Positions 52,801-63,800 of a stretch of 64,000 bases of DNA are shown here, one piece after another; the first letter of the stretch is position 1, and each line of letters begins with the position of its first letter. This DNA is from Tubiluchus corallicola (taxonomy: Eukaryota; Animalia; Priapulida). The stretch lies in NCBI GenBank assembly GCA_030141605.1, contig JAQGDQ010000706.1, positions 1-64,000 of the forward strand. Direction: 5' to 3'. The translations under genes were made by a program, and so were the position numbers. The notes beneath the pieces are model-generated. The model was not told where the DNA came from and did no database searches. It saw nothing but the letters and a program-made list of their open reading frames with translations.

Positions 52801-55800
52801 TTTTTATATGGACTTCAAACACGGGTAGATAGGAAGGTTGGCATAGCAAATTATTTGCTTAAATGTTACATCAGCTACAGTTTTGTGTTTTTAAATAGAG
52901 ATTTTTTATTGCCTGATATTAAATTTTATTGTATTTCATCTTTCCATATAGATTTTTTTATTTGATCTCATTTGAAAGAATTGTACGATTTCTACAATTT
53001 CTACAATTGACAATTTTCTGCGCTGTTATAACTTATATTACATATCAAGTTGATTCATTTATTATGAACTTTTTTTTAGGAAAACACTTAGCCTATGGAA
53101 TTGATTCCAAAGTACCGCCAACCTACTTACCGCCCGGCTCAGCTGAAAGAAATTATTCCGCAGAAATTTTGATTTTAGTATCGGACTCGTACAGGAGTAC
53201 TACGCCGTATAGGATTCCCGTTACTGTAAGTTATATTATCAAGTATTGGACTTTTTTGTGACTGTCGAAGTAAAGGTTTATCGAAAAAGTAAACACCAGC
53301 GCCCACACGTAGGGTTACCATACGTTCGGGTTTCCCCGGACACGTCCTCTTTTTGGGCATCTGTCCGGGCGGGTTTTCAAAAAATCGGCAGTTTGTCCGG
53401 GTTTTGCCTCAATCCGTATGTACGGACGTTGCCAACTGCAGAGGCGTACGACAGTACGAGACAAAGAAAAGCTCGTTAATTTTCAATACAAGATGTTGCT
53501 AACATCTCAAAATGCAACCCTTGTAAAAGCTTTGTGTACATATTTACTGAACAAAAGTAAGCCGTGCGCACATCACTATGGGTCACACGACTCACACCGC
53601 TGTCGATACTCGGCGTATTCGCTAACGACCTAAAATGAGATTAGCTTCCGGGAGCCATTTTGTTTGTTTTTATGTGAATTTCTTTAAATTTGCATAGTTA
53701 CACTGTTTTGCAGTTTTGAACAACTGGTAAAAGTTAATTGGAAAGTAGCAATGCCGAAACGACAGACAGTGTGCATTTACAGATGAAATGAAGGCCGAGT
53801 ACCCGTGTTTTCGTGTAGGTCGATATTACTGGGAAAAGTATTCTTGGTCTCAGCCTCGGGCTCAGTCAAGTTCAAGCGTAACTGTTTCTAAGAGCCAAGA
53901 AGAAGCAGGCGACTGACAGTTGCAGTGTGTTAATGTTTTTTGCAGTATAGACATTTGGTATTGCTATTAGAATACATGTAGGCCTATTTGTATAATTTGC
54001 ATTGTTTTAATAGACCCTAGACTGATCATTTTTGCCTACTTACAAGTCTGCGAAAAAGTGTCCTCTTTTTCAACTGAGACAATATGGTAACCCTATCCGC
54101 ACCTAGAGAGACATTTGTATTTATATCTTTACTTGCCCTGATGCTGCAGCATTTACAACTGATTACATAATAACTTGCAGGTCCCTGTTATTGTTGTGCT
54201 AGTTCTAGATTGTGAAACATAAGGGCAAATATATACTGTTTATTAGTCTCTCTTTTATTAGTATTATCCATTTATTTATCATTACCAGGGATGAGAATTT
54301 TCCGCATTCCGAGGTTTTGGAAGACCAGTAGTGCCATTTTTGTAAATCGCGTAAATTCGTTGAGAAAATTTTTACGGACTCAGTACATTATTTCACAAGC
54401 TGACCGCTAGTTGTCAGGCCGTCACTTTGTTTACATCACGTACATCAGTGTAACCACGTGTATATCTCTATGTATAAAAATATAGAATCAATTGTGTGTA
54501 GTTATTTGAGTCAATTACAGACAGTTTTTATATACTTTTGCATAGGAGCAGCCAGTACTTAGGCATTTTTGAGACAATTAGGTATCATGTATCCTTGATA
54601 GTTGGGTATTTTAAATTATGCATGGAACAAGGTAATTGATATTTTAAGTCCACTTAGAGGCTCTCTATGGTCACAAAATTGCAGTTTGTTGCTGGCTCCA
54701 AGGGGGCTCCCTTGAACCCCATTGGGGGCCTAGGTGGCCCCAAAACCCCCGGCCTGTTTCAGAGTTTTTTGCAATTTGTCTTTCTCATCCCTGCATTACA
54801 ACCAGAAGGTTGAATTACAGTGCAGTGTAAAATTACAGGATATAAAAATTTAAAAGAATAAGCAAGGTAGAACATACAGCTGTAAGCATTATTACACAAT
54901 ATATATGAACTAAATATATTAAAATTATTGTTTAAAAATTATGGTTGAGTTTAAAATTTATTTTTGAAAATTAAATAAAATTAAATTATGAGGTAAAGCT
55001 GTTCTTGAATTTCTCAGTTCTGTATTTAGGTAAGGGGCATGTCAGATGGTGGCGAGTACTACATCTGCTGCAATGTTACCGAAATTGCACTTTCGGTTTC
55101 GGCAGAATTTATTAATTTTCGTAACCGAAATTTTGGATATTTTTCTGTAGCATTTTTCCGAGGTTTTACTAGTATTTACCTTTTCTTTTTTCCTAGGTGT
55201 CATAAACTGCTGAAAAATCTTGGCTAAATTAGTTTAGGTAAAACTAAAATTTTGATTAAAAGTTTGTGACCTGCTTTTATAGGCAATGTGGCATATCTTC
55301 CAGTGCTGTGAAGTTTTGGGTGTCCAGGCCCAAAAAACCAAAATATCAAACCACATTTATATTATGTTAGTTTATGATGTCATCAATAGTTGGGCTCGCC
55401 CGCCCCGTTAATTAAATTTTTAATCTATTATTTAATTATCAAAAGCGCATTTGTCGCATTGATTGTGTTAGAATGTATACTTTTTATTCGGCCTGAAAAT
55501 GGGACGGTATATGTCTATTCATCGTGTTTTTCTTTAACGTTTAATGCATCCATTGATTGTCAGCCATTTAAAAATGTTCAGTTTGTTTTCCAATATCTGC
55601 ATTTTTCGTGTAGGTTTTCCCATACGGGTACGAACTGTCCAAAACTGATGAGGAAGTGGACATGGGACTGGCGTTGTTGCGGGCCGTTAAAAAGTTGACC
55701 GTGTCAGCTGACACGGGTGTCTCAAGCAAAATTGAAACGTATTTAAATGCAGGAGACATACATGGTAAGCGTCTTGTGTTTAGTTAGTTATTCGCTGGCT

Positions 55801-58800
55801 TCGTTCTTGTTACAGTTTTTATTGGTTGTTCGTCTGTTGTACCTGGAGACATAAACGATAAGCAGCATGCATCTTGTGTTTAGTTAGTTATACAATGTCT
55901 TCGTTCTTGTTACAGTTTTTATTGGTTGTCCGTCTGTTGTACCTGGAGACATAAACGATAAGCAGCATGCGTCTTGTGTTTAGTTAGTTATACACTGGCT
56001 TCGTTCATGTTACAGTTTTTATTGGTTGTCCGTCTGTTGTACCTGGAGACATAAACGATAAGCAGCATGCGTCTTGTGTTTAGTTAGTTATACACTGGCT
56101 TCGTTCATGTCAGAGTTTTTATTGGTTGTCCGTCTGTTGTACCTGGAGACATAAACGATAAGCAGCATGCGTCTTGTGTTTAGTTAGTTATACACTGGCT
56201 TCGTTCATGTTACAGTTTTTATTGGTTGTCTGTCTGTTGTACCTGGAGACATAAACGATAAGCAGCATGCATCTTGTGTTTAGTTAGTTATACACTGGCT
56301 TCGTTCATGTTACAGTTTTTATTGGTTGTCCGTCTGTTGTACCTGGAGACATAAACGATAAGCAGCATGCATCTTGTGTTTAGTTAGTTATACACTGGCT
56401 TCGTTCATGTTACAGTTTTTATTGGTTGTCCGTCTGTTGTACCTGGAGACATAAACGATAAGCAGCATGCGTCTTGTGTTTAGTTAGTTATACACTGGCT
56501 TCGTTCATGTTACAGTTTTTATTGGTTGTCCGTCTGTTGTACCTGGAGACATAAACGATAAGCAGCATGCGTCTTGTGTTTAGTTAGTTATACACTGGCT
56601 TCGTTCATGTTACAGTTTTTATTGGTTGTCCGTCTGTTGTACCTGGAGACATAAACGATAAGCAGCATGCGTCTTGTGTTTAGTTAGTTATACACTGGCT
56701 TCGTTCATGTTACAGTTTTTATTGGTTGTCCGTCTGTTGTACCTGGAGACATAAACGATAAGCAGCATGCGTCTTGTGTTTAGTTAGTTATACGACTGGC
56801 TTCGTTCGCGTTACTGTTACCATACTAAGTTTTTATTGGTTGTCCGTCTGTTGTACCTGGAGACATAAACGATAAGCAGCATGTCATCTTGTGTTACATC
56901 AAGTTAGTTATACACTGGCTTCGTTCATGTTACAGTTTTTATTGGTTGTCCGTCTGTTGTACCTGGATGACAAAAGACGATCATAGCATGTCATGCGTCT
57001 TGTGTTTAGTTAGTTATACACTGGCTTCGTTCATGTTACAGTTTTTATTGGTTGTCCGTCTGTTGCTCACCATGGATGACATGCAAACGATAAGCAGCAT
57101 GCGTCTTGTGTTAGTTAGTTATACACTGGCTTCAGTTCATGTTACACGTTTTATTGGTTGTCCGTACTGTTGTACCTGGAGAACAATTAAACTGATAAGC
57201 AGCATGCATCTTGTGTTTAGTTAGGTTATGACACATGGCTTCGTTCATGATTACAGTTTTATTGGTTGTCCGTCTGCTTGTACCTGGAGACATAAACGTA
57301 TAAGCAGCATGCAGTTCATTGTGTTCATCAGTTAGTTATACACTGGCGTTTACGTTCATGTTACAGTTTTTATGTGGTTGTCCGTCTGTTGGTAGGTCCT
57401 GGAGACATAAAATCGATAAGCAGCATGCATCTTGTGTTTAGCTCTAGTTATATCACTGGCTTCGTTCATGTTACAGTCATTTTATTGGTTGTCCGTCTGT
57501 TGTACAGCTGGAGACATGCAAACGGATAAGCTAGCATAGGCACCTCTTGTGTTCTGCATGCTGGTAGATTATACACTCAGGGCGTGGAAGTCGTTCATGT
57601 GTACAGTTGTTTATTGGTTGTCCGTCTGTTGCTAATCAGCGTATTGGAGACTATCTATTAACGATAAGCAGCCACTGTCATCTTGTGTTTAGGTAATACT
57701 GTTATACACTGGCTTCCAGTTCATTGTGCTTTTGACAGCATTCTTTATGATGGTTGTCCGTCTGTTGTACCTGGAGACATAGGGAAGCTAGGGAATTAAG
57801 TTCTAGCTGATGCAGCGTTTCTTACGAATTGCTTTTGAGTTAGTTTACTAACACTGTTGTCTTCGTATCAGTGTCTACAGTTATTTATTGGTTGCATCTC
57901 GTCGTGTTGTACAATTACTGGACTGACATGAAACGATAAGCATGCTATGCATCGTTGATGATTTAGAAAATCGACTAGAATTGTATACACTGGCTTCGTT
58001 CATGTTACAGTTTTTATTGGTTGTCCGTCTGTTGTACCTGGAGACATAAACGATAAGCAGCATGCATCTTGTGTTTAGTTAGTTGATACACTGGCTTCGT
58101 TCACTAGTTACAGTTTATTAGTTGAATGTTGTCCGTACCTGTTGTACTGCTGGAGACATGGAAACGATGAAGACAAGCAGTGCATCTTGATGTTTAGTCT
58201 AGCTTGATGAGCACATGGCTATCGTTCATAGTGTACAAGTGTTTTATTGGTACATGTCCGTCTGTTGTACCTGGAGATCATAAACGATAAGCAGCATGCG
58301 TCTTGTGTTTAGTTAGTTATGACATGAGCTTACGAATTCATGTGTACGTTTTTATTGGTTGTCCGTCTAGTTGTACCTGCGAAGACATAAACGATAAGAC
58401 AGCATGCGTCTTGTGTTTAGTTAGCTTATACTGGCTCGTTCATGTTGTACGACGTTTTTACTATGGTACAGGCTTCAGATCATTTTCTGTTTTTAAATTA
58501 CTGAAAAAGTTATTATTATTATAATTGGGTATGAATGTGGATACTTAATTGCTTATTTTAGATCTGCAAGTTTTTTGATACTTGTGTGCTTGCATAGCAA
58601 GATCGTCCGTAAGTCGGCAATTAAGCTTTTCCAGTTATTCACACATTCTGAATCTTCATTTCATGAGGATCATTTTGATACCAAGTTCATCACTCTATGT
58701 TATTTCTAAGCTGAGATAATGGACGTTGAAGTGGAGGTGCAGGCTGCACACTGAAAAACATAATATTGAGAAAATTGCTATTAAAGTCAGCCATTGTTTT

Positions 58801-60842
58801 TTGTCGCGTTTCTACAAAATACTTAGCAGCCACATGAAAGATTGCTATGGACTGTGTAAGCACACACTGAAGTGATGTTTAAAGGCATAGATGAAGATCT
58901 ATGCTTGGCAACAGAAACAACTCAAAGCAAAATGGCTCCTTCCATGAGCTATTATATAAGTTTGAAAATACAAGTTTTTTACATTTGCAGTACTAGTTTC
59001 TAGACAGAAAAGTGCGTAAGGAGTTATAAAAGTAGTATTTTTAGTATTTTTACAGATTTTCTTGATAATTTGATGCTAGAATGTAAAAGTCCAATACAGT
59101 CAACCCTCGTTAAACCGGACTAATTGGGGGGTGGGTGGATGGTCCGGTTTAGCCGATTGTCCGATTTATCCGATATGCCTATTTATGGTCTATATTATAC
59201 AGGAATAATCACCTTAATAAGGCCTATATACATTGCACTATATACTATTCTGTATATTACTTTAAAATAGTTAACCTGTGAGGATAAAGAAATTATTGTA
59301 CAGTTGGTAGGCCGTGTTGTGTTTAGCGCTCGGGCTCGGACGGAAATCGGTCAGTTTCCTTTACCACGGATGACGTCCGTCTTATCCGATATCCGGGCTA
59401 ACGGGGTCCGGTTTAACGAGGGTCAACTGTATATTTAGCGTTCGTTTGTATGGAAAAGAAAAAATTGACCTTTCACCCAATATTTGGTTCTTTCTCATTT
59501 GAAGCATCATGGCCCAGTTTTAGCTATGTTGACTTATGAACGATTTTGGTTTGCAAGCGCACAATTTGCGTTTTGTGTTCGCATCTGCTTTGATTGTCTG
59601 ATTGTACAGGTAAGAACATCGTTAGTGCGTACGATTGTGCAGGTACCGCTGATTAGTGTTGGTGTTGTGAAGCAGACATCTGACATGTTGAAACAAGCAA
59701 CAGCTGTTGTTGCTGAGCTGACTGCGGAAACTAAGGTAAGTCATCTGTAAACGACCAGCATTAGAGCAAATATTGCCAATCCGCGTAACTTATAGAGATA
59801 GGTTTGCATTGAATTGCCATATATATATATATATATATATATCGGGTAGGTATAATATACTCAGCCCAGGCACTTGCACGTATCTTACACACTAACACTG
59901 TAGGCTATTGATTTATGACTCGGCCATTGTTGACATCATTTACTCTGGAAGATCTTAATGTTTTATGGTCGACTTTTACACAGGTAATATGGAAAATGAT
60001 GCAATTTTTGGTCTGAAAATGCACATCGACTTGCACATAAGGTCGACTTGTATATAAGTATATACGGCAATTCCTTTTTTCTGCTTTGGCAATTTTGTTT
60101 TTAGTTTCTTAGTTACGTTGTTTTGAAGTAGGTAGCAGTAATATAGAAATAATAATTCATAGTAATAAGCTTTTTATATTCTTCTAATTTTAGTTTCTTG
60201 ATTTCTCAAAAAAATTATTTGTTTATTATTTCTGTTTATTATTATTATTATTATTATTATTATTTTCAGTCGAGGTTCAATTGATTGTTAATAATCTTTC
60301 AGATAGTTGCTATGGATAAGTTTAACAAAGTTGCCAGTTTCATGAAGGATGCGGCAAATGTTGATATTTGTGATTCAGCCGACACTACTCAGTACGTATT
60401 CTGTTTCCTTCCATCTTTCTTCTCTTGTTTGTTTTTGCCGTTGTAATTTCTCTTGCCACGCCCTTCCTACTCAGTACGTATTCTGTTTCCTTCCATCTTT
60501 CTTCTCTTGTTTGTTTTTGCCGTTGTAATTTCTCTTGCCACACCCTTCTTAAGTGATGTGCATTTGCTTAGACTCGTGAATAAAACAGCTCACAATTTTC
60601 TTAGTTGTACAGTATTATTTTTACTCAATGACAAGATGTAGTTTCAAGCCACAGGTGAATCTAAAAAAACACATACTGGATAGCATTTATAACAGTTATG
60701 TTATCAGTGTAACTGTACAGAACAGTACAGAGAAAATTAGGTACAAAAAGCGGTCACGCATCCAATATAGATATAGTCGCAGTGTTGTTTAACTTTCAGC
60801 AAAAAATTTAACACACAAAAGATAATAATAATAATAATAATA

Positions 60843-60875
<33 letters not shown>

Positions 60876-63800
60876 ACGATAACAACAACGACGACAACGA
60901 CAACGACAATAATAGTAATGCAAAACTAATAGTAATGCTACTGCTTACAAAACCATGTGCAAATCTTGTTCAATCAACACAACCTTTCATGGAAACAAAC
61001 TCATGAAATTACAGCATAATTCTTGAATCTTAGAAAAATGCAGTCAAAACACTTCAGAGATACAATTTTACACAATTTTACAATATTATACATCCAAGCA
61101 GAGTTAGCTAACATAAAAACTAAACCTATGTGAGCATATCAAAAGCATGGTGTGTGAACACTTCAAAAGCATGGTGTGTGAACAGTTCACACATGTTTTT
61201 CTTTCTCAATTTACATGTGCAACTTGCAGAAGAGTTTCAGCAAACGGGGGTGGGTAGCATTAGGGCAAGATCAGCCAGCCGTAAAACTAAGTATACGTGT
61301 CATAGGTGCGTATTGGTTAGGAAAGCAGGTCTGATTAAAGATTTGTCGAATGTTGCTGCTGCTGCTGCTGCTGCTGATACTGAAGCTTTTAGTACTGCTG
61401 TTGTTATTCTTAAGCCCATTTCACACTGAGGACGCGTGGCAAAAATCTTCGAAGCAAAAATTCCTTGCGGGATTCCCCACAAAAATAGAACACTGTGCCT
61501 CATTTCGCGGTGATGCTTCAGGAGGGATTTCTTCATGATTAATTCTGCTGCTAGCCTAGAGGCTGTGTGTTCTGCTCATGAGGAAATTGCCTCTTGGTAG
61601 AAATACTGCATATTCCGTTTTCGGGAGAATTCCTTACGGAGTTAGCTCAACGTAAAATTATGTGATTATTCTGTTTTCTCGTGTAATAAATTTTTTGTTT
61701 TATTAGTGCGACAATTTTTTAGTAAAAAATTGGTAATTTCTGTGTGAAACGAAACGTGCTGCGTGGGTTTTTGGGAAAAAATCCGAAATTTTCTAATTTT
61801 CTGACTGCAATTCCATGCGTTATTTTCCTTGCATCTTCACTGTGTGAAATGGGCCTTACAACTACATGAACATCAACTAGTACCGGTACTAATATCTCTA
61901 TCACTTGTCAGTTATGAAATGTAAAAGCAAGGTATATCCTTACTTACTGTTTTCTGCAAACAGGCACATCTTGAGCGGCATTTCAAGTGTACTGGGTGGT
62001 TCAATAAATTCACTTGCACAGTCGCTCGCAGACATTGAAGGTGGAAACGAATCTTCTGTCACTGACAACTCGACCGTTCAACCAAAGAGGCAACAGGCAA
62101 GTGTCTTACGCAACAAATGAAACGGATTTTCTCTAATACAGTAAATGCTCACTTAACTATGCCAATGTGTTTCAGCAAAACGCGTCGTTATACGAGAAAC
62201 AATGGCTTCCTTACAAAAAACAATGTAAAAGCAATCCATTGCATTCCCCGCGTAAAGATCAAAAATGCTAGAGCTGCAGGCCAAAAATTAATAATGCTTG
62301 ACTCACAAATCAAACACTTTCGGATGTTTAGTTCTGATGATTTTTAACTAAAATCTGAAGAGAAGTAATTTACTATGAATATTCATGTTTTAAAAGTTTT
62401 GCGTACATTAACACTCCTGAGAAATATTTCTAGTGTGGAAACGATACGAAGCCAGCAATAATTAACCCAGCTATGTAACACGACTGATTCTCATTAGAGC
62501 AATTCCATCTCTGTATGGAAACCTATTAGTAATTAATTATTTTAAAAGATAGTTTAACTAGTAATATCCTATTTTTGTTTGCTGACGTGTTTTTGCAGGA
62601 GGGCAGCTTGAATTTAATTAATACTCGTTTTATCGTCGCCGGGTATTTTTAGACTAAAGAAATCTCGCAGAAATCACTCGACATTATCCAGGCCGTATCG
62701 GAGACAATGAGCAAGTACAAAGTCCAGGGGGAGGAACCGACGACGTTTGTGACGGATCTGCTTACAGTTCAGGTACAGCGACAGCAGGCAAGTCATCTCA
62801 GAGGTAAGCATAATCAAACTTCGAGAGCCGGATAGTGTCGTAATGTGAAGTGTGATGATGTTAGCACGGTTCCCACGGTGAGAAAAAATCCTGGAAAATA
62901 CAGGCTATCCCGGAAAGTCATGGAAAAGTCAGGGAACAAGTAATTTGATAAAAAGTCGGGGAAAATGATGCAAATGGGGAGAAAAGTCAGGGGAATTGGA
63001 AAGGGTTGCTAAAATAATCACCGTGAACCGATATTTTTCCAAACATATTTTTCTGAGATTCGTGTTCAAATAGAATTTTACTTTGGCAGGTTTCCAGTTT
63101 TGATTTCTGTTGCAAAAATAATGATTGGATTAAGAAAGTTTATTTAATGTGATTAGTGTAATTACGTTAGCACTACTGCAACTGTGCCGACACATTATAT
63201 ATCAGTATGTTTATTAGACTTGCGATTAACTATTGATTTTTCGTAGGTTCTGATATAAAAATGGAGGGTGTCGGTCACTTTAGGTTGCCGTCATCGTTGT
63301 CACAAGTGAATGATACAGATGAAGAGAAAGTCTTTGACGTGCAGGTGAAATTTAGCAAATTCTTATAGATTAGACATTTTTTTTATTTTACAAGTAAGTA
63401 AAATTTATTTCGAGCCGAAATTATAAAGGAACGCTGTCTTATTGATTTCGTTGGTTCGATTCTGTGTTCGGAGTCATTTAGGCAATGTGACTTATATAGT
63501 AGCTGCACTCATTAACTGCCTGTGGTGTGTTATAGAATGTGTCCTTTACATGAATATGAAAGTATACACATTTTCCCAGGAGAATAAGAATTTTTTCCAA
63601 AATGTGACACACTCAAACTTTTGCCTGAAAAAGAAAAATTTTGTCTTTTTACCCAATGTAGGATTGGTCATTTTTTCCCATAGTTTTGTAGATTTATATG
63701 AACTTGACCTGGCAATGCTAATCTGTTCATTTTATTGTCGGCAAATTATGAGATGTTTAACAGTAAGGATTTTATTTTCAGATGTACTTTATGAAGGAAA

